In this document: one piece after another, positions 12,733 to 23,952 of the stretch
How positions within the stretch are numbered: the stretch's first letter is position 1
Layout: each line of letters begins with the position of its first letter
From: Selaginella moellendorffii
Taxonomy: Eukaryota > Plantae > Lycopodiophyta
Length of the DNA: 64,000 nucleotides
Direction of reading: 5' to 3'
NCBI RefSeq assembly: GCF_000143415.4
Contig: NW_003314329.1
Coordinates: 453,421-517,420 of the forward strand
Notes under the pieces: model-generated
Seen by the model: only the letters and a program-made list of their open reading frames with translations
What the model was told of the DNA's origin: nothing
Database searches by the model: none
Translations under genes and position numbers: made by a program

Positions 12733-13208
12733 TGTAAGGAGTGAATTGTAATATCTATCATTCCCCAATATCTCATGAATCAAAGGGAATACAAGAAAGA
12801 GAATGAGTAGGAAAGGAGAAAAGGAGAGAAGGGAAGACATTGAGAAAGAAAATAAAAACCTTCTATACTCCTCCATTAACCAGGTCCCATATATCCTACG
12901 TTCCGTATGATCCAGTCCATAACATCACTCCCCTCCCTTACGAGGACTTGACTCTGTCCTCAGAGTATGAAGGGAACACTAGGTGCCACTGAAAAAGTGT
13001 ACGCAAAGATTCGAGCTCAGCCTGCATGATCCAAGTGTCCATTTCAGAATGCCTTCCCTGCCAATGGATGAGGAAGTGAGGAATTGCTCGATGCTGTAAC
13101 TGGCGTACATCCACTCAAAGGATCTGATCTGGAGAAGAGCTGCTTATCTTCAAAGACACCCAAAGAAGAGGAACTGTGGCCGAAGGTGGAAGAGGTCCGA
13201 AGTGCCGC

Positions 13209-16200
13209 TGTTGAGGACTTAAGCCGCAATCTCAAGCTGGGATGCCACGTCAGCAGAAGGGACACATCTGTTTGGGTTCTGTAGGTGATCACGCCCGACA
13301 CATTCTGTTCTTGATCCGTCTTCCGCAATAAAGGTGGACCCAGCATGGAGCGCTGCTGCGCTCACAAGGCTGGGTGTCCCCATTTCATAACATGGTATCA
13401 GAGCCCGTGTGAAGAACGATCCTGAAGATGGGGAGTGTGCGCGACGCCATAGAGATCTTTGATGGCAAGGATTTCAGCGGATGGCAGGAGCAACTCGAGT
13501 ACTACTTTATGCAGAAGGAGCTGTGGCCAGTGGTCGACGGTTCCTGGACGCGCCCTCCCACAACGGACAAGGCTGACCGCAAAGAGTGGGATGGAAAGAA
13601 CATCAAGGCCTTGGGCATTCTAGGCAGAGGCCTGGGCAAGGTGTTCAGTTGCCATCTCGACATCACGAAGACTGCGCACGAGAACTGGGAAAACCTGAAA
13701 GCAACCCTCGGAAAGGAGAATGAGACCACATTGCTGGACTTAGAGACAGAACTCGGTTCTATAAGACAGCATGAAGGTGAGTCCATTCAAGCCTTTGTTG
13801 GAAGGTTGAGGAAGGTAGCAAGCCAGATCGCACGCATCACGAAGACACCAGTGAGTGAACCGAAGCTCAAGTCGGTTGTCATCAAAGGCGTGGCGAAGTA
13901 TCTTCTGACAACAGCGACTACTCACTCGTCAAAGAAATTTGACGAAATGGTCCTTCAGTTGAAGTCAGCAGAGAACTTGATGGAGACCAATGAGGGAGTT
14001 GGATCTCAAGATCAAGCGCTATTTGCTGGTCAATCTTCAAAGGGCAAGTGATCTGCAACAGTGTGGGACAGGTTGGGCCCAGTGAATTCTCCAGGGACTG
14101 ATGGAACCAGTGGGAGCAAGTCCAAGAAGAAGAAGAAGAAAAACGACGGCCTTTGCAACATTTGCAAGAAACCTGGTCATTGGGCAAGAGACTGTACCAG
14201 TGAAGAAGCAAAGAAAGCCAAGGAAGCTAGAAAGCGAGACAAAGGCAAGCAAGTGGCTAACTTTGCAGCAGCTGATTCAGATGACGAGCATGGCAGTCTG
14301 TTCATGGCTTCGTTAGAGGATTAGCAGGTGACAAAACATGGTCTGTTGAAAGCAGAAGTAATCTGGGTGGACTCAGGAGCAAACAGGCACATGACATACA
14401 TCAGAGAGCTGTTTGGCAAGCTGAGACCAGTTCCAGACTACAAGAGGATTTACCTTGGTGACGATTACTCGCACAGTGTGCAAGGAGTTGGGACAATCAA
14501 GGTGAAACTTGCCAATGGTCAGAAAGTGGACGTGAGCAATGTCTACTATGTGCCTGGTGTCAAGAAGACTCTTTTCTCAGTGGGGAAGATAGCAGACGCA
14601 GGCTGCAAGATTGACTTTAACAAGAAAAGGTGCACCATCTCACGAGAAGGCTATGAGCTAGCATCGGGACGCCGACATGCAGGGCTCTATTGCCTGAATG
14701 CTGAAGTGGTGTATCCTGAGAGGTTAATGCTCAGTAGCAGCGTGGAAGACAAACCAGCTACACTAGACACTTGGCACAGGAGATTAGGCTACTCTTCCAT
14801 CAAGAGAGTACAGCAGCTAGCAAGAGGACAACTTGTCCGAGGACTGAACATTGCTCCATCATCAGCTGGATTTTGTGAGCCTTGTGTCCTCAGTAAGCAG
14901 CATCGCCTTCCATTTCGCTCAGGTGTAAGTGAAAGAGGGAAGGATGTCCTGGAGCTGGTACACTTTGATCTATGTGGCCCAATGCAGACCATGTCAAGGA
15001 CAAAGAAGAAATACTTTGTCACATTCATCGACGATTTTTCAAGGATGGTAGCAGTGAAGTTTTTGCTGCACAAGTCAGAGGCCTTTGAAGCTTTCAAGGT
15101 CTACAAGCTGCAAGCGGAGCTTGAGACAAGCAGAAAAATCAAGATGCTGAGAAGTGATGGTGGTGGAGAGTTCACCTCTAACACCTTTAAGGAGTTCTGT
15201 GAGCAAGCTGGAATTAAGCGGCAACTTTCAGTGCCTTCAACTCCTGAGCAAAATGGCGTGGCTGAGAGGATGAACCGAACTCTTGTGGAGATGGCACGAG
15301 CGATCTTGCAAGATGCAGGCATGCCAAATTTCTTTTGGTGTGATGCTGTGAAGACAGCAGCCTACTCGAGGAATAGGCTGATTACTTCTGCTGTCAAGGG
15401 ACGAACACCTTATGAGGTGTGGTATGGGAAGGCACCAGACGTGAGCCATCTCAGGATCTTTGGGTGTGTAGCTTATGCACTCAAGGACGAGCCCAAGAAG
15501 CTGGACAGTAGAAGTGAGAAGTGCATTCTCCTTGGCTATGCAAGCAAGATGAAGGGTTACAAGCTCTTCAACCTGAACACCAGGAAGGTGATCACGAGCA
15601 GGAATGTCATCTTCGACGAGTCTAAGATGTACAACACCATGAACCAGCTAGCAACCACCTCGCAGCAGATGCCGTTACTCATTAGTGGTAAGCAAACCCT
15701 AATTGAGGATAGCGACAGCGAGGAGGAAGATGCCTCTCGACGGCAGCGTGCACACTCAGGCGGAGCAGCTACAGGTGGAGGTGGAGTCGTGGCTCAAGTT
15801 CCTCCCAGGGCAGGCCGAACTCTTCCAAGGAGTGTCTCAGATCTCTCACCTTCTCTCAATTTCGAGGAAGGCAGCTCTAGTGAGAGCAGCAGGAAGCAGC
15901 AGCACCTCGTAGATCCAGTCGTGTTCGTGTCTTGACTGAACAAGGACAGCAGTACAGAGAGGATGTGGCATTAAAGCAGGCTCTTGAGGCTTCTAGAGTT
16001 GAAGCCAGAGCAGCTCGTGATCGCAGTGCATCTAAGCCACCTCCAGTAACCTCAGCAGCATTTTATTATGCTGCAAGCTCACCATCCCAGCAGCAGGAGG
16101 AAGTTCTTTCTGAGGACATGGAACTCGACTTTCTAGCACTCTTTCACCAAGCAGAAGCCACAGTACCCAAGACCCTGCAAGAAGCCTTGGCTGGTCCAAA

Positions 16201-17940
16201 TGCAGCAGAGTGGCAGCATGCAATTTTCCTAGAGTATCAATCTTTGATGGAAAATGAAACGTGGGACTTGGTAGAGCTTCCTACAGGCAGAAGAATCGTG
16301 AGTACAAAGTGGCTGTTCCGGATCAAGTATAAGCCAGATGGCTCTATTGATCGTTACAAGGCCAGATTTGTAGCTCGAGGATTTTCTCAAGTAGAAGGAG
16401 TGGACTTTGCAGAAACATTTTCACCAGTGGTGAAACATGCATCGATCAGGATGTTGTTGAACATTGCTGCTCAAGAAAACTTGGAAGTCGAGCAGATGGA
16501 CGTCACCACAGCTTTTCTGAATGGAGATCTACATGAGGAGGTCTTTATCTCGCAACCAGAGGGCTTTGTTGTTCCAGGGAAGGAACATTTAGTGTGCCGG
16601 TTGAAGAAGGCTTTATATGGCCTTAAACAAGCACCCAGGGCCTAGTACGAGAAAATGGACGCTTATCTCTTGGGTTTGGGGTTCTCCAAGACTTCAGCTG
16701 ACAGTAACATGTACTTGAAGCGAGTGGGAGAATTTCGAGCCATGATAGCTCTCTATGTGGATGACTGCATCCTTTTCTCAAGTGAAGGTGCTACCATGAA
16801 GCAGTTGAAGCTGGATTTGGGGTGCCGATTCAAGATGGTTGACATGGGACCTCTTCACTACTGCCTTGGCATTCAGATCTTCCGAGACAGGAGGAAGGGA
16901 GTGATTCAGATGTCTCAGAAGAAGTACATTCTGGACGTGCTTCAGAGGTTTCAACTCAGTGAGCTGAACCCAGCAACCACACCTATGGAGGTTGGTCTAA
17001 AACTCTCACAGGATATGTCACCGACAACACCAGCTGAACAGGAACATATGAAGCGGATCCCATATAGGCAGATGGTGGGAAGCTTAGTGTACCTGATGGT
17101 GTGTACGAGGCCAGACATAGCCTATGCAGTGGGAGCAGTTTCACAGCACTTGGAAAATCCTAGCTACCAGCACTGGTTAGCAGTAAAGCGGATTTTCAGA
17201 TACTTGAAGGGGACTGCCAACTATGGTCTTGTTTACAAGCAGCAGCCTAGGGGTATTCAGCTCGTTGGATACTCAGATGCTGATTGGGCTGGTGAAGTTG
17301 ACAAGAGGAAGTCCACTTCAGGCTATATGTTCAGCCTTGGTAGTGGAGCAGTTACTTGGTGCAGTAAAAGGCAGCCAACAATTGCACTATCAAGCACCGA
17401 AGCTGAGTACGTGGCCACTACCTTAGCAGCCAAAGAGTGTGTTTGGCTGAGGCAACTATTGAGTGGAGTATATTATCCACAGAAGACTCCAACGATTATC
17501 TTCTGTGATAATCAGGGAGCAATTGCCTTGACGAAGAACCCGAAGTATCACGGACGTACCAAGCAGATACAGGTACAGTTTCATTTTATTCGTGAGCAGG
17601 TTGCCATGGAGACAATGGAGCTAGTGTATTGTGTGACGGGAGATCAGGTGGCAGATGTTTTCACAAAAGCTCTGCCCCTAGCTGCATTCTCCAAGCATGT
17701 CCAAGCTCTTGGTGTGCAGTTGCTTGAGGCTGATCCCAGCTTAGCTCGAGTGGGAGTGTTGAGGACTTAAGCCGCAATCTCAAGCTGGGATGCCACGTCA
17801 GCAGAAGGGACACATCCGTTTAGGTTCTGTAGGTGATCACGCCCGACACATTCTGTTCTTGATCCGTCTTCCGCAATAAAGGTGGACCCAGCATGGAGCG
17901 CTGCTGCGCTCACAAGGCTGGGTGTCCCCATTTCATAACA
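13209..17940 (+). mobile_element. Ty1/Copia LTR retrotransposon, full length, coding-disabled
   Basis: 184 bp LTRs 13209-13392 and 17757-17940 (TG..CA, 2 differences). PBS TGGTATCAGAGC at 13393-13404 (tRNA-iMet). PPT GAGTGGGAG. Domain order is gag-PR-INT-RT-RH. Confidence 0.97.
13428..17770 (+). pseudogene. Copia gag-pol with 3 in-frame stops and 1 frameshift
   Basis: Zinc knuckle CNICKKPGHWARDC, protease DSGA, integrase RSDGGGEF/QNGVAER, RT YVDD, RNase H DADWAG/ADVFTKAL. Stops at 14049, 14322 and 16643; frameshift at ~15932. Confidence 0.95.
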
Positions 17941-19178
17941 CGCCTCAATTTGGAAACGTCAAGGTGGGAAGCTTCAGACAAAAAGCAACTTTGTTGATCT
18001 TCTCGACCACCAAGAATGGACCAAAGAACCAGATGAAGTTTGGACAGCTCTCCTTCCTAAGGTGTATCTCTGAGAATGGAAATGAACATAGATGTAGTCC
18101 CCAACCTCTAAAGTCCAAGAAGACCCGTGGTTATCCAACTTAGTTGTATATATGAACTAATATTTCATGGCTTATTTTCTCACAGATTAATTTTTATATT
18201 CAAAATGGAAAACTATATAATTTTATACCACTACTAGAAAGCAAGCATGAACAGCAAATGCCAAATATGCCAAATAATACACATTTAAAAGGAGGTTTAT
18301 TGGTTATGGACTTTTATGTATTAAGTTGTGACTATTGTAAGGCTTTCTAGGTCACATTTACACCAACAGAAGCAAGACATTTTGGCATAGTAGCAAAACA
18401 ACCAAGTAGTCCAAAAAGTTTATTTCTTTTTAATCCAAAGTTCATAAAAACTATATATCCAAGACCAAACAAAATAAGTGATGTTTAATAGAAGACTACT
18501 CTTGTTATGTATGAGCCCCCTAAAATAATAGATGAGGCATATAAAGTAATAGACCACATAGAACCTCTTGTTGTGGCTATAATGAAAAAACATTTAGTCA
18601 GATTAGAAGGAAGCAATAGAAATGATTAGAAAATCTAGTGTGCAATAAAATTTCATTTATATAAAACACAAATCCTGAAGGCTGAAAATGGAGTTGAAAT
18701 TGTGCCACACAAGCACAACTCGATAAGTTGAGAGTGACAATTTGCATCAACTTTGCCAGGCCCTTCCCTAGTTCCAGATGATCCCACTCTTGCTCAATGC
18801 AGGCATGCTGCAATTCAAGGGCAAGTACTGCTGGTGATTCCAGCCAAACTAGACAATGTTCTACTCTTGCTCCTAGACAATTTTCTTGCGCTGTAACTTC
18901 CCCTGACAAGCAACATTGAAAACGTCGGTTGGACATGTCCTTCTTTGAGATGCCGGGCAACTTCAGCTTCAGGGACTTCAAGCACGACGCTGCCTGGGAG
19001 CTCGAGTAAGATATATAGGCCATTTGTCTTCGTCAGTCATCGCTCTCATTCTTTCAATCTGTTGCATAGATAGAAGCTTCCTGCTGCTCATGTATATGGA
19101 TGACTCGCCATATGGCGTGACGATGTAAGAGACACTGTCTTTCTCGCGTTAACCCAGGCAATGAGTGCTATCTGTCAG

Positions 19179-19735
19179 GTAGGAATTCCAATAAAGAAGC
19201 TGGGACCGATGATGCGGTAATTAATCTTGCTTTGATCCATCCGTTCTGATATTGTATTTGCGCCTACCATGATCTTGGAAATTTCTTGGAGTTTTAAAAC
19301 CGTTAAGCAAAAGAATACCGATACTGGTCTTGGCCTCGAGCGCATGGCAAAAATACTGCAAAAGGTAGATATCGTTCTTCCTCCTTTTACATTTCCACCT
19401 TCCTCTCATCATGTTTTCTCGTGCCAAATAACTGCGAAATAGATCTCATCTATCCTATCATCCAACGTGCTTCTGAGCTGGCTGGAGAATTATACAGCTG
19501 CTGACGGGACTAAAGCTTACCTCAAGGTAAGTCCAACATCTTGCTCGATCCCGGCCTAAAGTTTTTGTGCGATACAGGTTATTGGTGATCACTCGCGAGC
19601 TGGAGTGACACGATAACTACGGGAAATCATCGTGGAAATCACCGGGAGAGAATGCTGTCCAAGTTGACATGGCAGGCTTTGAGACCGAAATGGAGTATCA
19701 GAGAAGGCAATCTCAGGAAGCTCACAACGTGTTTA
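19179..19735 (+). pseudogene. Organellar (chloroplast/mitochondrial-type) alanyl-tRNA synthetase fragments with introns
   Basis: DTGLGLERMAKILQK | VPNN.E.DLIYPII..ASELA | VIGDHSRA | VDMAGFETEMEYQRRQSQEAHNV. Exons are separated by short GT-AG intron-like sequence, with large internal deletions. Confidence 0.85.
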
Positions 19736-19911
19736 GTCTGTCAGCTGGAGGGACAGCCACCGAGTTACATCCTTGGCTGAGAGCATGAACACGTCTTTCC
19801 CGGCTTGGCGCTTCCATCTCTTCTGCATGCAGCCCAGCTTCTGAGAAAGGAGCTTCTCTCCTCTTTCCCGTGTTTGAACAAATTGTAGCTTTTCAGCGTG
19901 ATCTATCATAG

Positions 19912-20477
19912 CACATACTTGTCTCTGCAACTTGTCAAAAACTGTATAAAATTTGGTGCTTTGTACAATGCTCACTTGAGAAGCTGCACTTTTTGCAATT
20001 GATCTACAACACCCTTGGACTTCTCTCCTTTCTCAGTTCTGTCTGACACTGAGTATATCAAGAATAAAAGACCGGACTGTATACACTACAGTTACCACCC
20101 ACCCGACCTTCCATAGCTGCGGACGCACAGAATATTCGAGGACACAGCATTGCGCCATCTGTTCATATGTCCAAAAAGGTAGAGCTTGTTGGCGAGAGCA
20201 ACGAATCCTCCGCATGTCTGGCAGAGGAAGAAACGCTTTCTTTGCTACTGGGCTCCCAGTAGCGCCAAGAAAGGAAGGATGATTCTCAACTGGCAGAAAT
20301 TTGACACGTCCATCTTTCTCAATGACAATGAAAGATGACGATGATCTTGTTACAGTGAAAGGAGAGAAGCCCAAGGGTGTTGTAGATCAATTGCAAAATA
20401 TGCAGCTTCTCAAGTGAGCATGGTACAAGGCATCCAATTTTATACAGTTTTTGACAAGCTGCAGAGACAAGTATGTG
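19912..20477. repeat. Inverted repeat, ~121 bp arms (19912-20032 / 20357-20477), 324 bp spacer
   Basis: cacatacttgtctctgca...cttctctcctttc versus gaaaggagagaag...gcagagacaagtatgtg, with few mismatches. Confidence 0.9.
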
Positions 20478-20859
20478 ATCAAACACCATGATCAAAGCCT
20501 CTCCCCTGAGCCACAGTATTTCCTTGTCCAATCCCTGTGTGGAGCGCTCATCCTTGAACTTGGCACAGGAGACCAGCTTCCTCCACCTTTGCCCTCATCG
20601 TCATCCAGGCCAGGGATAACCAAGCTTCCATGCACCAACGTGGCTAGAACCATTGCAGCAAGGATGCGATCACAGGGAAGCGCAGCGGGCACGAGCTCAT
20701 CCGGGCGAGCAAGCCACATTGCAATGCCCATTTTGGGCATCTTGACTAGGCGATCAAGGTCTTCCATTGGATCCAGGATCCGAATTCCTTCTCCTGGAAC
20801 ATCATCTTACGAGTCCTTCACAGAGACAATTGCATGATGATGCGAGGAGTCCCTTCATT

Positions 20860-21075
20860 TCTCTCGACAAGAGGTGGTAACTGGGCGAAAATGGTGAGCG
20901 CATATGCCAGGATTGGGCATCGTGACGACGCACAAATGACGAGAATGCTGCAACGAGGTCGCTCGCATAACGCTTGTTCTTCGATGTCCCGCCTGGGATC
21001 TAGTCGCCATGATCATCGAAGGTGGTCTTTGGGGGCCGAGACATCCATCATTTACCATGCTTCTTGAACGAGCAA
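20860..21075 (+). pseudogene. Degenerate PPR fragment
   Basis: WAKMVSAYARIGHRDDA resembles a PLS PPR repeat (SW.AM.SAYA..GH...A). Short and frameshifted. Confidence 0.4.
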
Positions 21076-21429
21076 TGGATACCAGATTCTCAGACTGTCT
21101 CCAGTCGGCCGGCCTTCTCTTTCTTATGCATCGTTCTTGTTTTCTTCTTCTTTCCATTCTATCGATCTGATCGTTCTCTCGTCTCCCAGCTAAATCCTTT
21201 GACAAAGGAAAGCAAGAGGCTCCTGGATTTGGACGTGAGCTTCAGTGAGATCGCCTACTCGGGTGTGGATCAAGTTTCCTCAGCATTTCGTTGTTTAACG
21301 GACACAATTTTTCTCTCTTCTAAACAACGAAAGAGATTGGCCAAGGATAGAGCACTTCTTCTCCTTAAGCTACTGATTCTTTTTTCTGCTCGAAAAGACA
21401 GCGCCCTGTGAAGTGCTGTCGGGGTTTTC

Positions 21430-23952
21430 ATGAATCCACTGGAAGAGATTAAACTTTTGAAGATGCTCGCCAGTCCAGATCTCCTAGAACAAGGTAAGCG
21501 CATCCATCTTAGCATTGTATCGTCCGGAGTGGACATCCGTCACAACACTTATCTTGGAAACTTGCTCGTCCAAATGTATGGAAGGTGTGGTAGTATCATC
21601 GACGCCAGGGCCGTCTTCCAAGAGATTTGGACGAGGAACGTTTTCTCGTGGACGCTCATGACTGCCGCATATATCCAGAATGGGCATATGGAGCTCGCAT
21701 TACGGCTCCTCCAGGAGATGGACCTGGATGGATCTAGCCGACCCGACAGCTTCGTCTTTGCAAACTCGGTTCGCGCCTGTGCAGCCTTGCAAGATCTCGC
21801 CACCGCTCGAGCTCTCCACGACCGGATTTTCGCCACTGGACTGCTCCACTCGGACACACTGCTGCAAAACTCGCTTGTCAACCTCTACTCCAAGTGTGGC
21901 AGCCTTGCCGATGCCATCCGAGTGTTTGACGAGATTAGCAACAAGGATCTGGTGTCTTGGAACTCGATGCTGCGAGCTCACGTCGAGAATGGAGAGCCTC
22001 TGAAAGCTCTCAAACTCCATCAGCGGATGGAGCTGGAAGGGGTCTGGAATGAAGCTGACGATATCACTCTCCTATGCCTCGTTCAAGCCTGTGCTGATCT
22101 CGGGAGCCTGACAGTGGCACGGGAACTGGACACTCGGATCACGAGAAGCAGAGCCATGGCTGCTAAGATGGCGAACGGCCTGGTGAGCATGTATGCCAAG
22201 TGTGGGAGCCTGGAGGATGCCGAGGATGTTTTCGAGGATTTGCCGAGCAGCAGCAAGAGCGTCGTGGCCTGGACCTGTTTGATCGATGGCTATGCTCAAG
22301 CTGGTCGTGGCAAGGATGCGTTGCGAGCCTATAGGAGAATGGAACTGGAAGGAGTGAAGCCCGACACTGTTGCGTTCGTCGCTGTTCTTGGCGGCTGTGA
22401 TCTTTCGTCCGATATCAGGAAGATCCACAGCTCTGTCCAGGAAGCCGGACTGGAAATGACGATTGGTGTTGCAACAGCTCTTACAAATGCCTATGGTAGA
22501 TGTCACGAAGTTGATGCTGCGAGGAAGATCTTTGACGCGATGCCGGAGAAGAACGTAGTCACTTGGAACTCCATGGTTGCGGCCTACTCCCAGCACGGGC
22601 TGTGTGATACAGCCATTGAGCTCTTTCGAGTGTTGCACTTGGAAGGCCTCAAACCCAGTGCCCTCACCTTTGTAAACGCGCTGGGTGCTTGCGGGGACGA
22701 TGCAGCCGCTGTCCAAGAGATTTTATCACAAGTTCTCGAGATGAAAGTCACCATTCCTCCCCTTCTCGAGAATTCGTTGGTCGGAGCTCTAGCTAGGTGT
22801 GGGAGATTGCTGCATGACGACATCGTAAATAATCTGATCGTCCCCGAAAAACGAGACGTGGTGTCTTGGACTTGTTTGCTTGGAGCATACAGCCAGCACG
22901 GTCTCGGAGACGAAGCCATGCAGACATTTTGCTGGATGAGCTTGCAAGGCGTGAGGCCGAACGCGATCACCTTCGTCCACATTATCAATGCATGTCGCTC
23001 GGAGAAAGAACTTAAGCAAATTCACGAGCTGCTGGAATCAAGCTCTTGTCTTAATGTCGATGATCATCTCCAAGTTGCGAATGCTCTGGTAAACTCGTAT
23101 TCTTCATTCAGATGCCTGTGTAGCGGCCGGAATGTCTTTGACAAGCTCTCGAGCTCCAAGAACAGCGAGCATCTGTGGACGAGTATGATGTCGAGTTACA
23201 CCCGACATAGCTTTGCTGGCGAGGCCTTGAATCTCCACTGGCAGATGAACGTGCTTGGAGTCGTCCCGGACGAGTTCACGTACTTGAGCGTGCTCGGTGC
23301 GTGTTCGAGCCTCAGAAACGTTGAACAAGGCCGAGAAACGCATGCGAGGATTCTGGAACGCAGTCTTGAAACAAACATGAGTCTAGCCTGTGCTCTGGTG
23401 ACAATGTATGGCGAGTGTGGATGCCTCGAGAGTGCCAAGGCCATCTTCGACGGCATGGCGAGCACAAGAGACGTGGTTGCCTGGACAAGCATGATCGGAG
23501 CGAGCTCTCGTTGCAAAGATGGAAGACGAACAGTGGAGTTGTTTCGAGAGATGAGCCTAGCAGGAGTAAATCCAAATGAGGTATCTCTCACCTGTCTTCT
23601 CAATGCGTGCAGCCATCTCGGGATGATGGACGAAGCCAAGAGCTACTTCTCGTCCATGGCCCAAGACTACAGCATCTCCGCGACCGTGGAACATTTGAGA
23701 TGCTTGGTGGATCTCCTGGCGAGATCTGGGAAGCTAGACGAGGCGGAGTTTCTAGTGTTGAGCAAAGTTTCACCTGAGGATGGAAGACTGGAAAAGTCTG
23801 ACGCCAGTGTAGCTCTAACCATTCTTCTCAGTGGCTGTCGAATGCACGGTGACGCTCCAACGAGTGTCCGAGCTGCAACCGCGTGCCTCAACTGGGAACC
23901 AAATGAGGCCAGCTCGTATCTGCTCGTGGCACAAATCTGTGGAGCTGCGTGA
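21430..23952 (+). CDS. PLS-class pentatricopeptide repeat protein (E-type, no DYW), 840 aa, intronless
   Basis: Repeated N.LV.MY.KCGS..DA..VF / ..VSW..M..AY / G..PD..TF..VL.AC triplets. LLNACSHLG..DEA..YF, HL.CLVDLLARSGKLDEA, then an E-like motif ending YLLVAQIC*. Confidence 0.93.
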   Translation: MNPLEEIKLLKMLASPDLLEQGKRIHLSIVSSGVDIRHNTYLGNLLVQMYGRCGSIIDARAVFQEIWTRNVFSWTLMTAAYIQNGHMELALRLLQEMDLDGSSRPDSFVFANSVRACAALQDLATARALHDRIFATGLLHSDTLLQNSLVNLYSKCGSLADAIRVFDEISNKDLVSWNSMLRAHVENGEPLKALKLHQRMELEGVWNEADDITLLCLVQACADLGSLTVARELDTRITRSRAMAAKMANGLVSMYAKCGSLEDAEDVFEDLPSSSKSVVAWTCLIDGYAQAGRGKDALRAYRRMELEGVKPDTVAFVAVLGGCDLSSDIRKIHSSVQEAGLEMTIGVATALTNAYGRCHEVDAARKIFDAMPEKNVVTWNSMVAAYSQHGLCDTAIELFRVLHLEGLKPSALTFVNALGACGDDAAAVQEILSQVLEMKVTIPPLLENSLVGALARCGRLLHDDIVNNLIVPEKRDVVSWTCLLGAYSQHGLGDEAMQTFCWMSLQGVRPNAITFVHIINACRSEKELKQIHELLESSSCLNVDDHLQVANALVNSYSSFRCLCSGRNVFDKLSSSKNSEHLWTSMMSSYTRHSFAGEALNLHWQMNVLGVVPDEFTYLSVLGACSSLRNVEQGRETHARILERSLETNMSLACALVTMYGECGCLESAKAIFDGMASTRDVVAWTSMIGASSRCKDGRRTVELFREMSLAGVNPNEVSLTCLLNACSHLGMMDEAKSYFSSMAQDYSISATVEHLRCLVDLLARSGKLDEAEFLVLSKVSPEDGRLEKSDASVALTILLSGCRMHGDAPTSVRAATACLNWEPNEASSYLLVAQICGAA

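Larger units (their letters stand above)
12733..18145 (-). mobile_element. Truncated Gypsy (chromovirus-type) remnant: integrase C-terminus + chromodomain + PPT + 3' LTR (12733-12924), interrupted by the Copia
   Basis: The minus strand reads EVGDYIY ... FGPFLVVEKINKVAFCLKLP ... VSKLR|RHFG ... FLIHWQGRHSEMDTW (GPF motif, chromodomain). PPT AGGGAGGGGAGTGA precedes a 192 bp TG..CA LTR. Confidence 0.75.

Noticed and set aside
14049-14324. Programmed stop read-through between Copia gag and pol
   Set aside because: The first stop falls before the zinc knuckle and further stops and a frameshift occur in pol. Ordinary mutations explain them better.
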